Below, piece by piece: positions 41,880-52,188 of a stretch of DNA of 64,000 bases. The translations under genes and the position numbers were made by a program. The stretch is from an uncultured Candidatus Saccharibacteria bacterium. GTDB lineage: Bacteria; Patescibacteriota; Doudnabacteria; UBA920. The first letter of the stretch is position 1. Every line of letters begins with the position of its first letter. Below the pieces are notes generated by a model that worked only from the letters and a program-made list of their open reading frames with translations, had not been told where the DNA came from and ran no database searches. The stretch is from the NCBI GenBank assembly GCA_964631145.1, contig CAZVXT010000003.1, forward strand, positions 2,750 to 66,749, written 5' to 3'.

Positions 41880-42491
41880 ATGAGCGAGTTAAAAAGTAAA
41901 CTTATTAATCAAGCGGGATTTACAATTACAGAATTAATGGTTGTAATTGTAATTTTTATTACATTGTCCAGTGTGGTTATTTTGCAATGGAATAGTCAAA
42001 CTCCAAACCGATCTTTAAATATTGCTCAAAACGAGTTAGTAACAAATTTGCGAAAAGCACAAAGCTATACTTTGTCTTCACGTAATATAGCAACTAGTAA
42101 CCCAGCTAAATTTTATTTAGTTAGAGTTGCTACTGCAGAAAATACTTATACTATTAATGGAGTTGATAGTAATTATAATTATTATCCATCTATCGAAACC
42201 GTAAGTTTGCCTTCTGGTTTAGACTTTGGTTCGCTATCTTTATACGACCCTGCTAATGGTAGTACCACTGTTCCTGCGTGTGCGCTTTTAATATTTAGTG
42301 CACCATTTGGCAAACTATATTTGGAGGGTGCTGCAACTTGTGACTCTTCTATTACTACCACGTTACAAAATTTGGCTACATTAACTCCAAAAGCAGATAA
42401 ACAATTAACTATAACCATCCGTCATATTAAGCAAGGAGCAACACGAGCTGTAGTAGCTAGGGGGTTAACTGGAAGAATTGATAACAACTAA
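41880..42491 (+). CDS. Minor pilin
   Basis: G/FTITELMVV. Confidence 0.85.
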   Translation: MSELKSKLINQAGFTITELMVVIVIFITLSSVVILQWNSQTPNRSLNIAQNELVTNLRKAQSYTLSSRNIATSNPAKFYLVRVATAENTYTINGVDSNYNYYPSIETVSLPSGLDFGSLSLYDPANGSTTVPACALLIFSAPFGKLYLEGAATCDSSITTTLQNLATLTPKADKQLTITIRHIKQGATRAVVARGLTGRIDNN

Positions 42492-42495
42492 TTAT

Positions 42496-43164
42496 ATGAG
42501 AAATCAAGCAGGACAAACTTTAATAGAAACCATGGTAGCAATGTTTATTTTAGTTATGGGTATTGCAGCTGCTGTGGGGTTGGCAAACTATGCATTATCA
42601 GCCAGCGGCTCTGTTAATAAACAATTGATAGCTATGGGTCTGGCTAGAGAAGGTATGGAAGCGGTAAAGAATATGCGAGATACAAATTGGTTGAAGACGC
42701 CTTTGTCAGCGACTTGCTTTGATTTTTATAGTCAAACAAATACTTCTAATTGTTATACAAACTGGTTAAACGGCACTGGTTATAGCGGTTATAATATTGA
42801 TCCAGGTACCACATCAACATATATCTTAAAATTTGATCAGGCAACAATTAGTTATTGGTCTTTGGTTCCTGAGGCTAATAAATTTGGTTTAAATTATTCA
42901 ACCTCTACTCCAGGCACAGGTTTTTATAATCCTGGTATTGGTGTTTTGTCTTCCGCGGCTACTTCAGATTTTTCCCGATCAATTACTATTAGCAAAGATA
43001 CCAGCTTTTCACCTTTTAATAATGCATCTCTAGGGGGGAGGGTTAAGGTTACAGTTAACGTATGGTGGAAGGACAAGCATTGCCCAGTCTCTGATACTGT
43101 ACCAAGTAGTACAAAATGCAAAGTAACGCTGAATACATACTTAACTAATTGGAAGAATTATTAA
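42496..43164 (+). CDS. Minor pilin (PilV-like)
   Basis: G/QTLIETMVA. Confidence 0.85.
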   Translation: MRNQAGQTLIETMVAMFILVMGIAAAVGLANYALSASGSVNKQLIAMGLAREGMEAVKNMRDTNWLKTPLSATCFDFYSQTNTSNCYTNWLNGTGYSGYNIDPGTTSTYILKFDQATISYWSLVPEANKFGLNYSTSTPGTGFYNPGIGVLSSAATSDFSRSITISKDTSFSPFNNASLGGRVKVTVNVWWKDKHCPVSDTVPSSTKCKVTLNTYLTNWKNY

Positions 43165-43167
43165 TGT

Positions 43168-43773
43168 ATGCATAAATTAGATTTCAAAATATCAAATAGG
43201 CAGTCAGGGTTTACATTAATGGAAATCATTATAGCAACTGCACTGTTTATTACTGTCGTTGCTTCTGTGATGTCATTGTTCAATTATGTATTGAAGATTA
43301 ACCGTAGAGTACAGGCAATGCGTCAGGTAACTCAAGGTTCCAGAAATTTTACCGAAGCAGTAGTTAGAGAAATACGCAATGGGCAGATCGATTATAACAG
43401 CACCAATTCTAATTGTCCTTCTGCTGGCTATCAATCTACATCAAACTCGTCTTTAGCAATTATTACTTCGTTAGGAGATAGGCTTTGCTACTATCTTAAT
43501 ACCAACACTCAACAGTTGATGTTAAGTAAAACTAGTAGTTCTTCCACCACAGAAGAATCGGTTAATCCTCCTAATTTTAAAATTAGACAAGGCACCTTTA
43601 GATTGATTGTTAGACCTGGTTCTAATCCAAAAGTTAATCCATATCCTGGAGTACAACCTATGGTAACCATTATAGCCAAGTTTGAAGTTCAATTGCCTGG
43701 TGCTATAGAAAGTATGGTTATCCCTTATCAAACAACAATTTCGGCAGATTCATATGACATCCCTCATAACTAA
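43168..43773 (+). CDS. Minor pilin (PilW-like)
   Basis: G/FTLMEIIIA. Confidence 0.85.
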   Translation: MHKLDFKISNRQSGFTLMEIIIATALFITVVASVMSLFNYVLKINRRVQAMRQVTQGSRNFTEAVVREIRNGQIDYNSTNSNCPSAGYQSTSNSSLAIITSLGDRLCYYLNTNTQQLMLSKTSSSSTTEESVNPPNFKIRQGTFRLIVRPGSNPKVNPYPGVQPMVTIIAKFEVQLPGAIESMVIPYQTTISADSYDIPHN

Positions 43774-44548
43774 AAATAAAATCAATTATTCTAAACAGCA
43801 AGGTGTTTCGCTAATGCTTTCTATTTTAGTTTTATCTGCAATTACTGCCATAGCATTTTCTTTGGCAGCCATTGTATTGGTAGAACTACGTTCTTCAGGT
43901 GACGTGTTGCGAACAGAACCTGCATTATATGCTACCTTGGGAGCAAGCGAAGAGGCTTTGTTTCAATACAAGAGGTTTGTAAACGACCGCGAAGATGGAA
44001 GTACTGTAAATACTTTAAATATTGCAACTTGTTTTCCTGCAAATCAAAATATTTGCCAACTTGGGAATGTTGCTTTAACCTTTCCTGGAACACAACCTCT
44101 ACAGTTTGATAATACTCCACGAGTAGAGACTGTTTACGCTGGCACGGTAACCAAAATACCTTTATATACATTAAATAATTTTAATTTACAGTATGGTAAG
44201 ATCGTCTTACAAATTGTGCCAAATGGTACCACTGCTAGCTTAGCAGTCAATATGGTAAAGACAGCTATTGATGGCACAGTCACTGATCCATTATTTACTC
44301 CAAGCTATTCTATTACATCAGCATCTAGTCCGTTACAACTAACTTCATTTGTTGGAAACAATCAATATGATTTGGTTTTAGATAATACTGCTAACTCCAC
44401 TCAAAATATCTTAGTCAGTATCTCTAGTTATGATACTAATAGTACAACCCCAAAAGGTTTGCCATTTATTGGACAACAGGTTCTTAAAATTACAGCTGAT
44501 TATCTTGGGTTAACTAGGGTTTATACTATAAAGATTCCTATACCATAA
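43754..44548 (+). CDS. Minor pilin (PilX-like)
   Basis: G/VSLMLSILVL lacking Glu5. Confidence 0.8.
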   Translation: MTSLITKNKINYSKQQGVSLMLSILVLSAITAIAFSLAAIVLVELRSSGDVLRTEPALYATLGASEEALFQYKRFVNDREDGSTVNTLNIATCFPANQNICQLGNVALTFPGTQPLQFDNTPRVETVYAGTVTKIPLYTLNNFNLQYGKIVLQIVPNGTTASLAVNMVKTAIDGTVTDPLFTPSYSITSASSPLQLTSFVGNNQYDLVLDNTANSTQNILVSISSYDTNSTTPKGLPFIGQQVLKITADYLGLTRVYTIKIPIP

Positions 44549-44597
44549 AATAAACGAGCTATTTGTAACAAAATAAAAAACTCGACTTATGTCGAGT

Positions 44598-44975
44598 TTA
44601 ATTTTTTGGGATTTTTAGTACTTGTCCAGGTTTCAGATCAAAAGGGGGTTCTAGTTTATTAAGAGTGGCTAATGCTGACCACTCAACTTTTACATCTTGA
44701 CTAATTGTGAATAAGGTATCTCCTTTTTTAACGGTATAATCGTGATAAATATTGTTGTCGCTAGAGTCTTCAGTCTTTACACCCAATACTTGAGGGTGGG
44801 AGATATTATCCGTTTGATTATGAATTAATAGCCATCCAACTCTTCCAATTAAGAACAAGCTTAATATGGTAAAAATGCCGGTTCCAATTTTGAAAAAATT
44901 AAATCTATCAGTATTTCTTCCTACGCCGAGGCTAAGTTTTTTAGAAAGTCTGATTTTTTTGTTTGTTTCTATCAT
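44598..44975 (-). CDS. Membrane-anchored LysM protein
   Basis: YTVKKGDTLFTIS..LKPGQVLKIP. Confidence 0.88.
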   Translation of the reverse strand: MIETNKKIRLSKKLSLGVGRNTDRFNFFKIGTGIFTILSLFLIGRVGWLLIHNQTDNISHPQVLGVKTEDSSDNNIYHDYTVKKGDTLFTISQDVKVEWSALATLNKLEPPFDLKPGQVLKIPKN

Positions 44976-45068
44976 AAAGTCTATATAAATATTTTATCAA
45001 GTATCGGCATATATATCTATAATTTTGTGGGGATAAGTTTATATATTTAAAAAGTGCAAATTATATAA

Positions 45069-47111
<2,043 letters not shown>

Positions 47112-47204
47112 TTGAATAGCTTGATTTTTTATTAATAACGTGGTATAGTGGTATGTTTACTATAAAGTAAATGAATTTTGAATTTTTTAAGGAGGAATAA
47201 AATT

Positions 47205-47939
47205 ATGGGTTTATGGGATAAAGCTAAAGAAGTTTTTTTGGAAGAGGTGCCAAATACTAAACATCTTGAGCCAAAGGAACAAAAAGTAGAAGATTTTGAT
47301 ATTGACAAATTTCTAAAGGAATTGGACAAGCCACCTAAGGACAGAATAAATACAAAGCAGCAACCTGTGGTTGTTACTTCTCCAGTAATTTCTAAACCAG
47401 TCGTTACTTCGACGCCAGATTTAATTGGTAAAACCAGGGAAGAATATAAAAAATTGATTCAAGAAAAAATAAATTCTGTGATCACTCCTGGTTATAAAAC
47501 TTTTTTAAATAGGCTTGATGAGATGAGTGAGATAGATGGTATGCCAGAACAAGCTGCTTATAAAGCAGCTCTAAAAACATCTGGTATTTCTGTTCAAGAA
47601 ATTGAGCAGGTTCATACTCGGATTTTGTCTGTATTATCCGAGGAGAAGATTAGTTTTGAATCGCTTTGTGAACAGAGTCAGCAAACTATTGTTTACCAAT
47701 TCGCACAGACCGAAAAAGATTTAAATGACAAAATCTTGCAGAACAAGAAGACTATTGAACAGTTAAATCAAGAAAACAGTGATTTGTATTCTCAGATCGG
47801 TAGTCTGACTACTACAAGGACAGATGAGTCAGAAAAAGTTAGTAAGAGTTTGCAAACATTTTTGGATGCAATGACTGAAATCAAATCGCAAACAGAAGCA
47901 GATGCCAAAACTACATCCGAACATTTGGTGTCTAAGTGA
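47205..47939 (+). CDS. Hypothetical coiled-coil protein
   Basis: AAGGAGG SD with its own promoter and terminator. Confidence 0.7.
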   Translation: MGLWDKAKEVFLEEVPNTKHLEPKEQKVEDFDIDKFLKELDKPPKDRINTKQQPVVVTSPVISKPVVTSTPDLIGKTREEYKKLIQEKINSVITPGYKTFLNRLDEMSEIDGMPEQAAYKAALKTSGISVQEIEQVHTRILSVLSEEKISFESLCEQSQQTIVYQFAQTEKDLNDKILQNKKTIEQLNQENSDLYSQIGSLTTTRTDESEKVSKSLQTFLDAMTEIKSQTEADAKTTSEHLVSK

Positions 47940-48014
47940 TAATTATCAAACGCAAGGATACTTGCGTTTTTTATTTATCTTGACTATTGGTCATGCTGTG
48001 GATATATTGATCCT

Positions 48015-48112
48015 AGATCCCCCTAATCGTTTCGATGGTTAGGTGCGAGGGTTGGGTTATCTCAACCCTCAGCGCTTTATGGATCACCTGTGTATATAAA
48101 CACAGGTTTTTA
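48015..48112 (+). ncRNA. Candidate stand-alone small RNA (about 100 nt)
   Basis: TTGACT-17-TATATT promoter, two GC-rich hairpins closed by gatcc/ggatc, and an intrinsic terminator. Confidence 0.55.
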
Positions 48113-48200
48113 TTTTATATTTATTTGCATGCCCAGACTACGAATATTGACATATATTATAAATACAGATATAATACTAAATTAAAAAATAGGAGGAGAT

Positions 48201-48980
48201 ATGTATTATCAAGGGATATCAGATCAAAAATTTCGAGAAATTATAGCAAGTGTGTATCAATACAAGTGCCAATATTGCTTACGTGTTTTTAACATAAATA
48301 ATTTGCAAGTTGATCACATTTATCCAAAAAGTCTTGGTGGTCCGAATGAATTATTTAATTACACTTTGTCTTGTGATTGCTGTAATAGAATAAAATCAAA
48401 TCAAATTTTACATGAAGCAGCTCAAAATTTTTTACAAATGTGGGCAACTATAAAATCTAAAGATATTTTAACAAAGATTAATTTATTGCTAAAAGTTCCT
48501 ATATACTCAACTAAGGGTGTCAAGAAATCGAGCTATAAATCAAATAAATTTCCCAAAGGGAGTTTTTTAAATCCACATGCTTATGGTAATTGCCAATACT
48601 TTAACGATGGGTTAATGCAACGTAATCACGAAAATCACTTTCGTGTTTATAAAAAAATGATTTTGTCTGAGTTTAGTGTTGATAGTGGTAATAGTTCAAT
48701 ATTGATTTTAGAATCTAAAATAAATATTGAATATTTTTTAAATCATTTAGAAATAAATTTTCGAGAATTTATAGATTTTTTAAAATGGATCAAATCGACG
48801 TATGTGAAACTTAAGGACGGAGAAATTGAAGCTTTATGTTTAAGAAATAAAATTACTTACAATCAAAAAGTTAAGGAGTTCTCAACCATCAAGATGGGTT
48901 ATATAGAGAGTATTCATATCGAGCTAAATTATATAAGTAGAATTTGGGCAAATAACTTTTTTGCAAGTATCCCAAATTAA
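48201..48980 (+). CDS. HNH endonuclease domain protein
   Basis: CQYC..VDHIYPKSLGG..N..SCDCCNRIK; perfect TTGACA-17-TATAAT promoter at 48147-48175. Confidence 0.88.
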   Translation: MYYQGISDQKFREIIASVYQYKCQYCLRVFNINNLQVDHIYPKSLGGPNELFNYTLSCDCCNRIKSNQILHEAAQNFLQMWATIKSKDILTKINLLLKVPIYSTKGVKKSSYKSNKFPKGSFLNPHAYGNCQYFNDGLMQRNHENHFRVYKKMILSEFSVDSGNSSILILESKINIEYFLNHLEINFREFIDFLKWIKSTYVKLKDGEIEALCLRNKITYNQKVKEFSTIKMGYIESIHIELNYISRIWANNFFASIPN

Positions 48981-49066
48981 TTGTATTGATTTAATAGCCT
49001 CTTTATTTAGGAGGCTTTTTTATTTTTAAAAATCTTGAAATTTTCATAAATTTTCTTAAAAAACTC

Positions 49067-49095
49067 TTGACAAACCCTAAAACCTTGGTTATTAT
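49067..49095 (+). promoter_or_regulatory. 23S-5S rRNA promoter
   Basis: ttaaaaaactcTTGACA-17-TATTAT. Confidence 0.65.
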
Positions 49096-49867
49096 GATTT
49101 TACGTTTAAACATTGACAACTTCGCAACAAATATGTCAAAAAACTATTTATTTTTAAATAACATGCGGCTCGTATAACTAGCTTATTTAAGTTGTATCGA
49201 GAACCGCTAATCTGCGGTTTTTTTGTTGCCAAGTCACATTAACAATTTGCCTCTATATATTTACTGCTCTCAGGTTGCTCAGCCATTCCATTATAACCTA
49301 GGGAAACAGGCCAGATGTCACACCGATATTAAGAGCAGTAGCTATATGGCGGTAAAGCAATAGCTTTATAGCCAAGTACATTAAAAACTAAATAGTGGTA
49401 ATTTATTCTCGCATTCAACCGGCGAGAATAAGTACTGTAAGTTTAATCTAAAAAGAACAAGACAAACATTGATCTTACTTATTTAAAGTAAGTTTAAAGA
49501 AAACCCAAAGCAGTTTGTTCATCATGTAAATGGTGTTTACAAATTGCTTGTCAAAATATCTGTGTAATCAAATTTGTTTACAAATTTGTGATTAAAACAG
49601 AGAAGGGTATATGGTGGATGCCTTGGTATTATGAGCCGATGAAGGACGCAGTTGCCGGCGATACGCTTCGGGTAGGTGGCAAACAACCTTTGATCCGAAG
49701 ATTTCCGAATGGGGAAACCCATGCATTTGAAGAATGCATGCCTTTGTGCCGTGGGGTACATTGAGCGGGAACCATGCGAAGTGAAACATCTCAGTAGCAT
49801 GAGGAAAAGAAAGAAAGTTGTCGTTAGACAATTCGATTCCCTTAGTAGTGGCGAGCGAAAGGGGAGC

Positions 49868-49948
49868 AATATAAATATTTATTGACTGCTTATTTACAAT
49901 TCATTTTTATGAAAAGTAAGATATGCAAGTAGTCAATAAATATTTATT
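49868..49948 (+). other. 23S intervening hairpin (domain I)
   Basis: Splits the conserved GGGGAGC^AGCCC; 21-bp stem 49871-91/49927-47. Confidence 0.85.
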
Positions 49949-50242
49949 AGCCCAAACTTAATTTGTGTTGTTTTCTGGACTAGTTTACTAGAAAGGAAAA
50001 CTTAAAGCTTACTGGCGTTGCAAGTTAAGCGTAATAAGAGAGGACATTGTAGAGCAGTAACTCTACAGAGGAATTTAAGTGTGCTATGTAGCAGAACAAG
50101 CCTGGAAAGGCAGACCAAAGAGGGTGATAGTCCCGTATAGCGAAACATCATACCGTTCCTGATCTTTATCTTGAGTACGTCCAGACACGAGAAATCTGGA
50201 CTGAAGTAACGTAGACTAATACGTAAGGCTAAATACTCATAA

Positions 50243-50283
<41 letters not shown>

Positions 50284-50471
50284 CACCCCGGAAGGGGAAT
50301 GAAATAGTCTCTGAAACCATATACTTACAAGGAGTGGAAGACCTAGGGCTCGCAAGAGATTCCAGGTTAACCGCGTGCCTATTGAAGAATGATCCAACGA
50401 GTTAGTTATATGCGGCTTAACTAAGTGTTATCAAACACGAAGTTGTAGTGAAAGCGAGGATTAATAGTCCG

Positions 50472-50526
50472 TATTAAGTTATATTCAGTTTTCGGCTTTT
50501 GCTGGATACTGAATATAATCTTAAAT
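50472..50526 (+). other. 23S expansion hairpin (domain II)
   Basis: ttaagttatattcagt / actgaatataatcttaa before GTCGCATGTGCTAGACCCGAAACC. Confidence 0.7.
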
Positions 50527-50915
50527 GTCGCATGTGCTAGACCCGAAACCCGAGTGAGCTACCCATGGCCAGGATGAACGTTGTGTAAAAGCAACGGGAG
50601 GTCCGAACCCACTAATGTTGCAAAATTAGGGGATGAGCTGTGGGTCGAAGAGAAATTCTAATCGAACCGGGTGATAGCTGGTTCTCCTCGAAATAACTTT
50701 AGGGTTAGCGTCACATGTTCTCTCCAGAGGTAGAGCACTGAATCGATCTCCGGTGCGCAAGCGTCGGATTCGAACCAAACTCCGAATTCTGAGAGATAAA
50801 TAGTGTGGCAGTTAGTCTATCGGCTCTAAGGTCGATCAGACGAATGGAGAAGAATCCACACCGCCGTTTAAGGTCCCCAAATCCTAGCTATAGTGCAAAG
50901 GATGTGGGATTGCTC

Positions 50916-50952
<37 letters not shown>

Positions 50953-51674
50953 TAAAGAAAGCGTAACAGCTCACTGGTCAAGCGATCCTGCGCCGACAAT
51001 ATATAGGGGCTAAGCTAGGTACCGAAGACGCGGGTTGCATAGTAATTTATTATTATGCAGCGGTAGAGGAGTGTTGTGTACAGGCTGAAGCCGGACTCGT
51101 AAGAGCCGGTGGACAGTACACAAGTAAGAATGTTGGAATAAGTAATATATATAGGGGTGAGAATCCCCTTCGCCGAATATCCAAGGTTTCCTGGGCAACG
51201 ATCGTCGTCCCAGGGTTAGTCGATCCTAAGAGCCGGCCTCAAGAGGTCGGTCCGATGGAAAACAGGGTTGATATTCCCTGACCAACTATGCGTTATCCAA
51301 GGCGGGACGCATCATGGTAGTTTGAGCGTACTGTGAGTATGTACGTCGTTGTATCCGTAGGGAGAAACTCTAGGTAAATCCGGAGTTTCAAAGTTAGCTG
51401 GCTTTCGCAAGAAAGTTAGCTAGTTGTAATCTCGAAGATATGAAGAAAGTTCGCAAGGACAATTCGAATGAACCAAGGTGCCAAGAAAAGCGTCGTGGTT
51501 ACGCGTGTAGCTGTCCGTACCGCAAACCGACACAGGTGGATGAGGAGAGAATCCTAAGGCGTCCGGATCAATGTTCGTTAAGGAACTCGGCAATACAGCA
51601 GGTGTACCTTCGGTATATACCTCGCCTGTTTGCATGCTGGGTAATAGATTTTTATATCAAAAAAAGTTTTGTAC

Positions 51675-51745
51675 GGAGTGGTAGCTTAGTGGTAAAGCGC
51701 TAGCTTTCAACTTAGAATACGAAGGTTCGAATCCTTCCTACTCCG
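51675..51745 (+). tRNA. tRNA-like gene 1 (Glu-like loop CT-TTC-AA, bulged anticodon stem)
   Basis: ggagtgg ta gctt agtggta aagc g ctag ctttcaa cttag aatac gaagg ttcgaat ccttc ctactcc g; followed by TCA rather than CCA. Confidence 0.8.
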
Positions 51746-51757
51746 TCAAAATCATAT

Positions 51758-51890
51758 GGGGTACAACTTATAAAAAACTTTTCAAGTTTTTAAGCTTATG
51801 GCACTTAAATGTCTGTTCGTCAGATAGTTTTCAAAATTATTTTGAAGACAAGTGTTAATTCACGCATTTAAGCAAGTAAGTATCCCGCCA
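51758..51890 (+). ncRNA. 133-nt multibranch RNA with an acceptor-like stem and GCCA end
   Basis: ggggtac/gtatccc plus g-cca encloses four hairpins and a cttaaatg/catttaag stem. Confidence 0.55.
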
Positions 51891-51895
51891 ATTTC

Positions 51896-51968
51896 GCGGC
51901 AATAGCTCAGCTGGAAGAGCGCTTAGCGTTCCGCTAAGAGGTCGTAGGTTCAAGTCCTACTTTCCGCT
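51896..51968 (+). tRNA. tRNA-like gene 2 (non-canonical loop CGTTCCG)
   Basis: gcggcaa ta gctc agctggaa gagc g cttag cgttccg ctaag aggtc gtagg ttcaagt cctac tttccgc t; no U33, no purine at 37, no CCA. Confidence 0.8.
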
Positions 51969-52037
51969 TTGGAAACATACTGGTTGTTTAAAAAGTTTGA
52001 CCGACTTGCATAATGAACAATTTGTTTCCATTCAATT

Positions 52038-52110
52038 CGGGTTGTAGCTCAACCAGGTAGAGTATTAGCCTTGGTGGCTAAAGTTATAGGTTCAAATCCT
52101 ATCAACCCGA
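52038..52110 (+). tRNA. tRNA-like gene 3 (Pro(TGG)-like, U at 37)
   Basis: cgggttg ta gctc aaccaggta gagt a ttagc cttggtg gctaa agtt atagg ttcaaat cctat caacccg a; C1-G72 and A73 match Pro identity; no CCA. Confidence 0.85.
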
Positions 52111-52114
52111 TTTT

Positions 52115-52188
52115 TCCGCGGTATATCAATTGGTAGATTGTGCGATACGTACATCGCAAGGTTCTAGGTTCGATTCCTAGTCGCGGAG
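52115..52188 (+). tRNA. tRNA-like gene 4 (no readable anticodon)
   Basis: tccgcgg ta tatc aattggta gatt g tgcgat acgtac atcgca aggtt ctagg ttcgatt cctag tcgcgga g; 6-bp stem with a 6-nt loop; no CCA. Confidence 0.8.

Noticed and set aside
48035-48292. 85-aa ORF
   Set aside because: It crosses a terminator and the HNH promoter, and is better explained as a structured RNA.
51700-51716. tRNA-like gene 1 as a UCA (opal or recoding) tRNA
   Set aside because: Centring TCA in a 7-nt loop destroys the anticodon stem; CT-TTC-AA fits better.
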